A stretch of DNA of 62,406 nt, counting the filler, from Basidiobolus ranarum (Eukaryota), in the NCBI GenBank assembly GCA_040143965.1. It is 30 parts of 30 records of this genome, joined end to end, with 100 filler letters (N's around TTAATTAATTAA, not from the genome) between each part and the next. Parts side by side here need not be neighbours in the genome. Positions count along the whole stretch, not along the records: positions 50,064 to 52,039 come from JASJQH010003987.1; positions 52,140 to 54,114 come from JASJQH010003988.1; positions 54,215 to 56,188 come from JASJQH010003989.1; positions 56,289 to 58,262 come from JASJQH010003990.1; positions 58,363 to 60,334 come from JASJQH010003991.1; 25 more parts are not named here. One strand, given 5' to 3'. The position numbers were made by a program, and so were the translations under genes. The notes under the pieces were generated by a model that was given only the letters and a program-made list of their open reading frames with translations, was not told the DNA's origin and searched no databases. This document shows, piece by piece, positions 50,064-60,434 of this stretch. How positions within the stretch are numbered: position 1 is the stretch's first letter; the number at the start of each line of letters is the position of its first letter.

Positions 50064-50240
50064 CCACCTGTTATAATTGTGCTTGAATGAAGACTCCAAG
50101 ACATCAGCCCTGTGGCCTCCTATAGCCACTTCCAATTCCTGATTGGCAGTGGAAGTCCATATCCCTAGATCTCATAACTGATCTACCCTTGTGCACCAAA
50201 TCTAATTCAAGTATGGCAATTATTGATTGTCTAACAAAGA
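50064..50240 (+). mobile_element. Gypsy integrase fragment
   Basis: PLPIPDWQWKSISLDLITDLP. Confidence 0.85.
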
Positions 50241-51023
50241 TTAATGCACTGAAAAGAGCCCTTTGTTAGCAGGTTAATATACTCTGGAGTCTTCTTAACC
50301 CACTGCATTGCATCCATCACTGATTTTGCTGATACATTGTTAGTCACATTAGCATATAGTAATACTGAAAATTTCAAATAGAGCATTATTTCACCAGAGG
50401 TGTGCTCCATTGGGAACTTCCAGAATGTACAGTGAGGGCCTATAATCTCTAAGCAGTGTGAAAGATGCAGCAGGGAATATATTGAATACCTGCATAGATT
50501 CAGTCTATTTTCTTTAAACCTGTTATAAAGTTTTTTGTATCCAATTGCAAAATCTTTGCACAGTTGCTGTATCTGCCCAAGATCTTCCAATGTGAGTTGA
50601 TGCAGTAGAATGTATTCACAATATTGACAAACAACTCCCAATGTTGCCAATATTAATCAGGCAGAAATGTTTTCAGAATTCCACTTGAATATATACAAAT
50701 CCAATACTTCCAGTCTTTGCATTTGAATAAATGCCTAGATGAGTGGATATCAATAGGGGTCCTGGTAAAATATGATGGTATCTTGATATTTTCAAGCATG
50801 TTCCCAATTGATTCAAACTTTGATCCTATCTTGAATGGCTCATTCCTATTCAATTTTCCAAAAAATAGCTGAGTAAGTAGTATCAGAATGTTGTTGAATA
50901 GTAAGTACATAGTGCCTGATGGGAAGCTCTGGCTCCAGCTGATTCCCTTGAGCAATATAATCTAAGACTTGCAGTTAAAACCAAGTTTGATGTTAGACTG
51001 GCTACTTGGTGAATTGATATCAG
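50241..51023 (-). mobile_element. CMC/CACTA transposase C-terminal half, decayed
   Basis: DWKYWICIYS, LLHLSHCLEIIGPHCTFWKFPMEH. Confidence 0.9.
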
Positions 51024-51027
51024 TGTT

Positions 51028-51891
51028 TGTCAAAGTTTATTGTCTTTATCATACTTGTTATCTCTATCTTTATACATCTAACTATTTTATATATCACATG
51101 TAAGTTAGTTAACATTACTTAGTTAAATATCACTTAACTGAAAATCAGAACATATATTATATATATATCTGAAGAATGTGAAAATTAGCAATTCCATATT
51201 GGAAATTTCAAACTTGTCCAAATTGCCTCAAAAATAATTCATTTTACTCCCACAGATGTTCTGAACACAACCCCAGTGTTAGTTTTCTGAATTTGCATCA
51301 AAATGTATAAATGCTTAATTTCAGGACAATAAATAATCATCTCACAAAGCTATTCACAGCTCCACTTTTCTAAAGTTCCTCCAAACAGCCCATATCTTCC
51401 CAATAGGTTATGAGCCCTGTGTTCTAACCTTTACACCATGACAGAAAAAACTACTACCACTTCTATTAACTCAAGTGTTGAAAAGCTTGATGGAGAAAAT
51501 TACAATTTCTGGAAGTTAAAGATGCAAATAATGCAGGAAGACAGGGAACTTTGGGATGTAGTCTCTGGAGATGAAAAGGAACCTTGTGACCCTTCCTTAT
51601 TGAAAGCTTACAAGAACAGAGACATGAAGGCCTATAATGTCTTTTGTCAAAGTTTGATGGATTCACAACTTGTGAATATTCAATATGCAAAGACTTCCCA
51701 TCAAGCTTGGACTATATTGGAAGAATGTTATGAAGCAACAAGTCTTGCTAATAGAATCTTTCTCAGACAAAGATTCTTCAATATAAAGATGGAAAAGTGT
51801 GAAAGCATGGGTAATCATATTGCAAATGTGGGATCTTTGGCAAAACAACTGGAAAATATTGGTGCTACTTTACAGGAAGAAGATGTCATTA
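51028..51891 (+). mobile_element. Copia family C 5' LTR (~51028-51405), PBS and gag (from 51438)
   Basis: GGTTATGAGCCC at 51406; KLDGENYNFWKLKM...LWDVV...IFLRQRFFNIKM. Confidence 0.9.
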
Positions 51892-52019
51892 TGTCACAAT
51901 AAGGAACTGGACAAGGACTGGGAACAAAAACAAGAGGCTAGAAGGCAGGAGAGTACTTGGGTGTAGACCACAAGACAAGACTGGACAAGGAAGATACTTT
52001 GGCAAGAATCTTTATTGAT
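51892..52019. mobile_element. Family G LTR inserted in Copia C gag
   Basis: Matches 4911-5063. Confidence 0.9.
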
Positions 52020-52139
52020 AACTGGCGTTGATCAGACTGNNNNNNNNNNNNNNNNNNNNNNNNNNNNNNNNNNNNNNNNNNNNTTAATTAATTAANNNNN
52101 NNNNNNNNNNNNNNNNNNNNNNNNNNNNNNNNNNNNNNN

Positions 52140-52232
52140 GAACATGAGGACGATGATGATGATTATGACGACGACGAAGTTACCAATACTGGCAATACAA
52201 ATGCTCAAGCACCAGAATGCAAGCAACAGTAA
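52140..52232 (+). CDS. NAP1: Nucleosome assembly protein 1, C-terminal end
   Basis: Acidic tract followed by QAPECKQQ-stop, the CaaX ending typical of NAP1. Confidence 0.8.
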   Translation, partial: EHEDDDDDYDDDEVTNTGNTNAQAPECKQQ

Positions 52233-52632
52233 AGCTTCAACGATTGTTCCCCGTAACCGTGAGGTTTTGAAAGCACAATTTTGACCACTCCGTTACTTGA
52301 ACTCGATCTATATGGATTCTCCGCTCCTTATCTAATTTTCTTATATTCCCTTCATTTCAAACAATTAATAGTCTCAATAGCAGTTCATTAGAAAGAGGTG
52401 TAAATTATAAACATCCATAGCTACACTAAGGATGAATTTTGCTTTTAAGAAAATTATTTATTTACATTGTTGCGAAAAATAAATCCCTTTTGAAGTTACT
52501 TGATGTGTGATAATGTTCTTCTTGTATGTAGATTCTTTATTATTTGTTTGACGAAAAGAGAAGAATCGGGTCAATTGATTGAATTTTTAGAAAGTGAATG
52601 TAAGGTTGTATGATATGAGAGGTGAACATGAT

Positions 52633-53193
52633 CTAAGAACGAACTGGCCAAGGCTTCCAATTGAATTTAAGACCACCTCGAATTTCTTGAACTTTTCCGG
52701 TTTCTGGACGACCTACAAGGTTTTCATTAAAGAAAGAAAAGATTAACAAAGAACTCTACCATATAGCTCGGTAAAAAAAACCACCAACCTTGCCAATATT
52801 TAATACCCCAAGCTTTACCGTGTTGTAAATCCTAAAAGGTGAAGAGAGAATAATCGAGGATGAGTTGAGAATGAAGTGAAGAAACCTCTCCCTCAGTGGT
52901 ATCGAATATATATACTGTACCGTTCTCAGGTTAACTTTGGTGACTAAATAGTAGCTCTCGTTGAATCCTTTATCCAACCACTTGGTGATCGTCTGTTACA
53001 AAAGGGAACGAGGATTAATTATTTCGTGATTTCGGAGAATTGCACCAGTCTACTAAAAACCTACCACTTTACTTCCAACACCATTATCTTTCAACAAGTT
53101 CAAATGTTGAAACAAAGTCTTGTTGCTATTGGAGGCACGAACAATAGGTGGGTACCCGTGAGTTCTAAAGATCTTGTTCACTACAGACGACAT
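52633..53193 (-). CDS. MRPS34: Mitochondrial ribosomal protein mS34-like, 107 aa; exons 53193-53065, 52992-52921, 52831-52789, 52712-52633
   Basis: Three GT-AG introns (72, 89, 76 bp) give ...KTLFQHLNLLKDNGVGSKVTITKW...SYYLVTKV...DLQHGKAWGIKYWQG...EIRGGLKFNW. Confidence 0.85.
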
Positions 53194-53701
53194 ACTAATA
53201 TGCTTTGTTGGGTCGAAGACTTTCTAGCTTAAAGAGCAAAAGCTGATTGCGAAATACTTGTTCGACCACAAAATCCTTCACCTTACAAAAATCAAGAAAA
53301 AATACAAATTCTTTCATCAGATTTCTTGATGACCCCAAATTCTATACTTAAAAATCACCCAGAACTTAACAAAATTGGAATTTCGAAGTCTGACTTCATC
53401 CATACAAAGAGGCTAGCGTTTAAATCTTGATTGTTTCCCATTTTTAAAACATAAGAGAGTTTAGGTCAATATATACTTGCTTATCAATTTGAAAATTATA
53501 GTAGAGGAGTATTACAAGTGATAAAGTCACAATTGTTGAGTTTCTATGCCAAATTTCTATAGATATTATTACAGTACTATAATACTAAGAAGCTGTAGAT
53601 AGTGTTTCTGCTCACAATACATACTGTTGTAACAAAACCAACAATACCGAGATCAATCTAATGTGATTATGAATGTATCTGATGATCAATTTACAAGAAA
53701 A

Positions 53702-53771
53702 GCGCGTTAACATAACTGTTAGTACATTCCTGATTTATCCAGGGGTGGGGGGTTCGAATCCTTCGACGCGA
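53702..53771 (+). ncRNA. tRNA-like Pol III leader with A and B boxes
   Basis: Acceptor CGCGTT/GACGCG; near A box TAACATAACTG; arm TTCCTG-ATTTATC-CAGGGG; T arm GGGGG-TTCGAAT-CCTTC containing a perfect B box GGTTCGAATCC. Confidence 0.75.
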
Positions 53772-53784
53772 TTAAATTTCGAGT

Positions 53785-53872
53785 GGTGCACCGATGACGA
53801 AAAACAATGGATGTGTCTTGACAGAACTTAATGTTGATTAAAACCATTGTCTGCCTTCCTACTGAGGTCACC
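53785..53872 (+). ncRNA. SNR52: Box C/D snoRNA, snR52/U83(SNORD83)-like, predicted guide for 18S rRNA Am420 (yeast numbering)
   Basis: Box C ATGACGA 53794-53800; D' TTGA 53818-53821; C' ATGTTGA 53831-53837; D CTGA 53862-53865; terminal stem GGTGCACC/GGTCACC; guide CTGCCTTCCT complementary to 18S AGGAAGGCAG. Confidence 0.87.
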
Positions 53873-53877
53873 TTTTT
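53873..53877 (+). terminator. RNA polymerase III terminator (T5)
   Basis: First run of 4 or more T after the B box, directly after the snoRNA 3' stem. Confidence 0.75.
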
Positions 53878-55143
53878 AGTCCCTCTTGAAATTTGTTCAA
53901 CAAAAACCAACACATGTTTACGCGTAAGAGCGTAGCAGTATTTTGTTTATTTAAAGAACCGTGGTATAATATTTAACCAATAATGGAATATTTCTATAAT
54001 AATTATTTAACTCTACTTTATATCATATGGTACCACAGAGAACCATTCATTTTTCAGTAAACTCTGGTAGCCACATTTCTGCATCATTTTTACTGTGGCA
54101 TCGTTCCAGGTTTCNNNNNNNNNNNNNNNNNNNNNNNNNNNNNNNNNNNNNNNNNNNNTTAATTAATTAANNNNNNNNNNNNNNNNNNNNNNNNNNNNNN
54201 NNNNNNNNNNNNNNGTATACCCTAGTGAACTTTGGTTGTACACTTCAATCAATAGCAAGTCTGGTGAGTTATATAGGCTGATCACGTCTAGTTACTACTA
54301 TTGCCTTTCTGGCTATCTGAGATGCATGGCACAGATGGTTACGCTCATTGGCTTAGATACCGATCATTAGCTATCTTCTATATGCAACACCTCATGATTG
54401 CATTCTTGTACGTAACTGGCTCGTTAGTCGAAATTTAAAGATGTCAATATTTAGTTTAAGCTATCAGGTTCCCCTTGTTAAATCCAGTATATCTAGTATA
54501 GTAATTCCTTGAGATTTTTCATTTTTAATAACGCTAAGGTAATAGTTTGAGAGGGAGGGTGGCTAACATTCAAGCTATTAATTATTGCCAGTTAGTATCG
54601 GTGTCACGGATGGTTACATAATTATCTTCTTTGTGTTACACACATTCTTTTCGATCTGTTTCTATTCTTAAAGAGGTGCCTCCACAATTTATGGAATCGA
54701 ATCATAGCAAATCAAATCCTGTAAATATAAATCAAATTAATTTATACTTTATAGGTGGTACCTTGATTACGCGGAACGAATAGTTGGGTAGGAGCCGTCT
54801 GTGCGCTCTAATAATCATTGATACTGTATCTTGAATGGATTGAAAAATAATTCAACTAAATGAGGCCTGTATTTACTAACTCATTACAAGTTTTGTATTA
54901 TAGAGGCACTTAAGCGATATAACCTATATACAACATTACCTTTAAGGCGAAACTAAACTCGAAGTTTAGTTGTTAGGCTCAGCTACTTTTAGTTCACACT
55001 TGTCGTCACTGTATGAAGAATACAGAGGATCTAATACTAAGAGTGAATTATATATATAGCGACAGTCAGGTTCAATTGCAATTTATGATCTTATTTACTT
55101 AGTAGTGTATTTTGCACAGACTGTACAGTGAATGAAATAATGC

Positions 55144-56188
55144 TTAAATGGTGGATGCAATTAGTTTAGGTGCATAAGCAGCAAAAGAGAACACAAGTCC
55201 TGCAATTAGTCCAGCACAAGGAAGTGTCAGAATCCAAGAGAAGAAGCACCACCCAATCATTCTCCAATTGATGGTCTTTGCACTTCCATTGCAGAGTCCT
55301 ACCGCGGTGGTAGCTCCAGTGATGCAATGTGTCGTAGACACTGGAAGTCCAATCTTGGAGGCAGTGAGGACGGTGAGGCAACTGCCAAGTTCCATACTGA
55401 ATCCACGAGATGGAGAGTGATAAGTGATCTTGTTACCAAGAGAGCGCATGATGTTGTATCCATAAGTCAAAAGACCAATGTCGATAAACACACCACCCAT
55501 AGCCAGGATCCAGAGGGGAACTGGAGTCTTACCACTGAGATCAACGGTTGCTGTGGTCCAGATATAGTAGACGGTGGAGAGAGGACCTACAGCGTTGGCA
55601 ACATCATTTGAGCCGTGAGCGAAACTAGCCATACTGGCAGTGACAACTTGGATGAAGCTGTACATGTACTCGGTATCATCATCATATCGAGCAGCAGCAT
55701 CATGAATCTTTTGAAGTCTTTCCTCCTTGCAGTTGACTACATCCTTGTTGATACCAGAGAAAACCAAGTTGCGAACCTTGTTAAAGATCCCATTGGATTT
55801 AGTTTCCTCTTCGAGGTCCAACTTGTCATGATCCTTATCGTCGCCATCATTGAGTTCCAAGGACTTCTCAGTTCTAGTTGGACGAGTGCTTAACATAGGA
55901 ATGACGAACACATGATACCAGCGGAGGGCTTCTTTTTCGTGGATGGAGCGGCGGAACCAGGGAGCAATGAAGAACCAACAGAACAGCATGACGAGTAGAG
56001 TGATTCCAGCAGTGAGGCCCCATACTAAGCCAACGTTGTTCTTGGTGAGCTCTTTGAAGCCAGGTGCTTTGTAGAAGACATAGAACATGGAGATGAAAGT
56101 GGTCAATCCAAAGTAGAAGGGAATTGCACGAAGGCCTCGTTCGAAAGAGTTAGGCGTGGTCAGGACGAAGATCTTGGTAGCCATGTAG
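55144..56188 (-). CDS. PHO89: PiT/PHO4-family phosphate symporter (PHO89-like), 3' part
   Basis: SFAHGSNDVANAVGP, SPSRGFSMELG, GLPVSTTHCITGA, W..TLP. Confidence 0.95.
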
Positions 56189-56343
56189 NNNNNNNNNNNN
56201 NNNNNNNNNNNNNNNNNNNNNNNNNNNNNNNNTTAATTAATTAANNNNNNNNNNNNNNNNNNNNNNNNNNNNNNNNNNNNNNNNNNNNCTGAGGTGATTC
56301 AGATTAGGCTTGTTTCCAGTCCAGATTTCAATAGGAGTTTTAG

Positions 56344-56622
56344 AGTCATGGTTGCTACGTGTTGGACTTCTATTTTGGAGATGCCAGCTGGTTGACATCC
56401 TATAATTTTCAGAAAAATTTTATGTCTATATCATGGTCTCAACAAACTGATGTGCCTCCACCTGCCTGGATGAAGGCTATTTGGAACATCCCGAATGCTG
56501 ATCCTGTTGGTTTCCTCAAGTACATGGAAAATCGCACCAAAGTCGAAGAAGACAGGGCATTTATGGAGAAGTTAATTGGGCCAGTGGTGGGTGCTTCTCC
56601 ACTGGATTTGATTTACAGCTAG
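56344..56622 (+). CDS. Probable last exon of an unidentified protein
   Basis: Open frame after a TTTTAG acceptor-like site; family not recognised. Confidence 0.35.
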   Translation, partial: SHGCYVLDFYFGDASWLTSYNFQKNFMSISWSQQTDVPPPAWMKAIWNIPNADPVGFLKYMENRTKVEEDRAFMEKLIGPVVGASPLDLIYS

Positions 56623-57488
56623 AGGGTCAGAATGCGATGGCTAAATATTATGCACTAGATTAGATGTAGTAATAATGCTAACGCTCAGAGAAGTACCCTA
56701 CATATACAGTTATTAATAAATGACTGAATTACTGCCAGAGTAGAGTATAATTAAGCATAGGTTTGTACATAACGAAGATGTGGGAATGCATAGAGGGTAT
56801 ATATTCATATTTCTTTGCCAATCAACTAAGATACACCGTACTCAACAATTAGTTATACGTAATACCAGCTATCTACTGTGAGACAGAGAACGCCAGTAAA
56901 AACAGAAGTAGCTGGAAACACTAGTGGAGACAACATCCGAGAAACTACACTTATCAAGGTAGGGGTATTCTCATGAAAGAAAGCGCGCTATTACTAATAT
57001 AAGTGTGGTCAAACTGATCAAGTACGCTGTAGGGTTACCGAATAGAAGCTATATTAAGAGTGTCTTGAAGTTCATTTTCTTCCAGATACATCTTCGTAAA
57101 TACAGGGTGACTGGCAAAAACCATGAAGAATGCAGTTTGATTGAATCAAGGGTTTCTTTACGTTAATCACATAGCGTAAATTACCGCAGATTGCGTGAGA
57201 ATTGATTCATTCAACTCCATTTACCCACATCTCGTTGACATCACTTTGCTTAGATTCTATTGATGGAGTAATGCTGATCGCTTTCCGTAAATACTGAAAT
57301 CCTGAAATCTGGTATAAGCTTAAATATGTTAAACTAGATCCCAACTCACCTTATATGTATGAATTAAAAAAGTCAACCAGTTGCTTTGAACCTATTTCTC
57401 ACGAAGCAACTGTGTCATATTGCTATGTGTTCATCTGTAGTGGAAATGTACTTTAATATTGAGTACATTCTCAGAGATGTGGCTACTG

Positions 57489-57496
57489 TATATAAA
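57489..57496 (+). promoter_or_regulatory. TATA box of the subtilisin gene
   Basis: TATATAAA about 50 bp upstream of the ATG at 57540. Confidence 0.6.
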
Positions 57497-57539
57497 CAGA
57501 GCCAGTCTACTAACTTCCACAAGAAACTCTTACTTAATC

Positions 57540-58262
57540 ATGGTCAGTATTCGTACATTTGCCCTGGGATCTTTGGTCGCCATTGTTCTTGCCATTCCAC
57601 TCTCTGAAGCTCAAGCACCCGAGGTTGCCAATCGCTACATTGTCAAGATTAAAAGTACTGCCGATGCGAATAAAGGTATTTCCTGAAAAGAAAATTAATT
57701 TCCAATCCAGGCACTAACATCTATCATTTTGAAAGTTGACCAGCTTCTCAAGACCAAGTTAGATCAGTATAATCGTGGTCGAAGTGGAAACAATACTCTT
57801 AAAAACGAACTCAAGAGTAGATTCTCCCTAGAAAGTTTCAACGCTTATGCTGGTGTACTCAGTGAGTCTTTAGTTAGGGACCTTAAAGGAAATGCCGATG
57901 TTGAGTACATTGAGGCTGAGCAAATTTTCACCATTTCCGGTACTCAAAATAGCCCACCTAGTTGGGGTTTACCCAGAGTTTCTCAAAGGGCGAGAAATCC
58001 TAATGCTCCATATAATTACCCCGACAATGCAGGTGCAGGTGTGGATGTTTACGTCATTGATACTGGCATAAACGTTAGACATTCCGATTTCGGCGGAAGG
58101 GCTACTCTCCCTGTAAGTTTCATTAGTGGTGAAGCCACTGATGATCTTAATGGCCACGGTACTCATGTGGCTGGTACTGTTGGAGGAAACGCGTATGGAG
58201 TGGCTAAGAGAGTCAATCTTATTGGTGTTAAGGTGCTAAGTGGTGCTGGTAGCGGAAGTACT
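57540..58262 (+). CDS. Secreted S8 subtilisin (proteinase K-like) with I9 propeptide; exons 57540-57675 and 57736-contig end
   Basis: Signal peptide, RYIVK, VEYIE, SWGLPRVSQR, VYVIDTG (catalytic Asp), NGHGTHVAG (catalytic His); 60-bp intron with ACTAAC branch site. Confidence 0.96.
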
Positions 58263-59983
58263 NNNNNNNNNNNNNNNNNNNNNNNNNNNNNNNNNNNNNN
58301 NNNNNNTTAATTAATTAANNNNNNNNNNNNNNNNNNNNNNNNNNNNNNNNNNNNNNNNNNNNAGATTATTATATGATACACAATTCGAACCCGACACCAT
58401 AATGGTCTGTTTTTAATCGGCAACTTTGTTATATCAAGAACCCTGCTAAGAAGCATGGCAATATTCCATTGTAAAAGGCCACTTGTTCTTCATATCCACC
58501 AATGTAAACATTCTTTCAACATTCAAATTTGATCCCTCCTAGTCACTAGGAGAGTAATTTCTTGGATTTTCTTTCTCCAAGCTTAACCATATCCAAATCA
58601 CTTTCCCCTCTCTTTCATAACATATACGCGCACTCTTCACATATGTCATTCATTAGCTCATGTTTTCTTTTCATGGATTACTTTCACTTTAGAAATAAAG
58701 CAGGAATTACCTTGATTTTCATTAGATGCTTGCACTAAGATAAAAGTGTGATGAATGATGAAAAAAAATTATCTGATTTAATATTGGATAAAACGATCTA
58801 GATGATTCTACGGAATTCGGATGAACAACATTAAAATCGCGATAATTTGAAAGATATGCAATTAACGACAAAGTTACAAGTAAAAAAATCCCTCTCAATA
58901 ATACAAAAGTTTTTTCCAAGGGGGACGGTAGGGTAGTTTCGCTAACATTCTATTGTCAATAATTTTCATTGGTATGAGAACGAATAAAAACATATGTGAT
59001 TGAAAGCATTTTAAGAACTTTTTGGTTTGAAAATCCAAGGGGAAACTGAAACTTCAAAGCTTATATGTTACATGAAAGAAGAAGAATTGGTGAACAATAG
59101 TGGTTGAAAACAAGAAAAGTTCTCCAGGTGAATAAAGGAAATTTTAACATAGGGAGTGGCTAAGTGTATAGTTGTAATGATGTTGATAATGATGAATGAG
59201 ACCTAGATTTAGCATTTGGGCTTGCCGTTGGGGTACTTTAGTTGATAATCCCTTTCTCTTTTGAACAAAAGTATATGAGGCTCAGGGGCTAAAGAAAGAT
59301 AGAAAGGATTAATATTTGAGGTGCTTACTTCTTTATGACCAAGTATGTTTACAAACCGTGTATCATGTAATGCTCCCAACCTGGGGATTGGGTTACACCG
59401 ATGCCTCTCCATTCATCCTCAGTCATTAGACGATCTTTAGGTACGTATTTTACAAGGGGTTTGGGAAGTGTAACGTGTCTAAATTCATAATCATCATCTA
59501 TATACATACACACATAATTAGGCGGATGTAGGCGAACAAATTAACGAAAGCAAGAGATTCTTACCACTATATCTATCGGAGTAGTATATCTGGTCTTGAT
59601 ATTTGGCAATGTCCATTTGCTTTTGCTCCTCTTTTCCACGAGAGAGGGATTTTTTAGTGGCATCCAACATATTTAACGAACGTTGTAAAGTTATTTGTTA
59701 GGTAAGAGAGAAGAGAGGAGTAAATATATCAGGAATTCAATGTAAGTCAGATCAAGAAGGATTCTATTTTCAGTATTCGTGAATTTCTAGTTGAAGAAAT
59801 ATAAATATTATTGTTAGCATAACTTAGTAGAAAAAAAAACGGATTTCTTCAAAACAAATCATTGAAACGTAAACATACTTGTTTACATTTTCATTGGCCC
59901 TTTTCGCTTAGGACTATGACCAATCAAGTTCCTTTGAATTCAATATCGTCCTCTGGGGCATTTGCTAAGATATTGTTGAATAT

Positions 59984-60265
59984 TCATTCTCTTGATCTAG
60001 ACAGGCAAGTACTTTTCCTTGACTTCGCATCTAAAAATACGACAGAAATAGGAATCAAGACTACTAGCAATATATTCTGAAGATCTACCTTGCTTGAATA
60101 GGCATTTCTTACGCTCTCCATACAAAGCCAGACATAATTCATGCCACCACCAGTTTTCTCTGAATCAGAGTCGGAATTTAGTAAAGCTTCTTAGACTAGG
60201 ATAACTAACCTTTCGAATTCAGCCAAAGAAGCATGAAAGAGTACATGAGGCACCATTGAAGCCAA
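59984..60265 (-). CDS. Possible 3' exons of an unidentified gene (60265-60210, 60159-60089, 60030-59984)
   Basis: Two short GT-AG introns keep one frame: LASMVPHVLFHASLAEFERENWWWHELCLALYGERKKCLFKQD... Confidence 0.3.
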
Positions 60266-60434
60266 CTGATTTGGAGATTAAATAAAGGTCCTCAACCGAT
60301 GAGTCAGCGATGAATCCAAGGTTGCTTAAAATGTNNNNNNNNNNNNNNNNNNNNNNNNNNNNNNNNNNNNNNNNNNNNTTAATTAATTAANNNNNNNNNN
60401 NNNNNNNNNNNNNNNNNNNNNNNNNNNNNNNNNN

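Noticed and set aside
53733-53739. TTA in the anticodon position, suggesting an ochre suppressor tRNA
   Set aside because: Loop ATTTATC, the D arm and the first acceptor pair are non-canonical; better explained as a snoRNA leader.
58722-58919. Short ORF with an N-terminal hydrophobic segment
   Set aside because: Downstream frames are full of stops and no family is recognisable.
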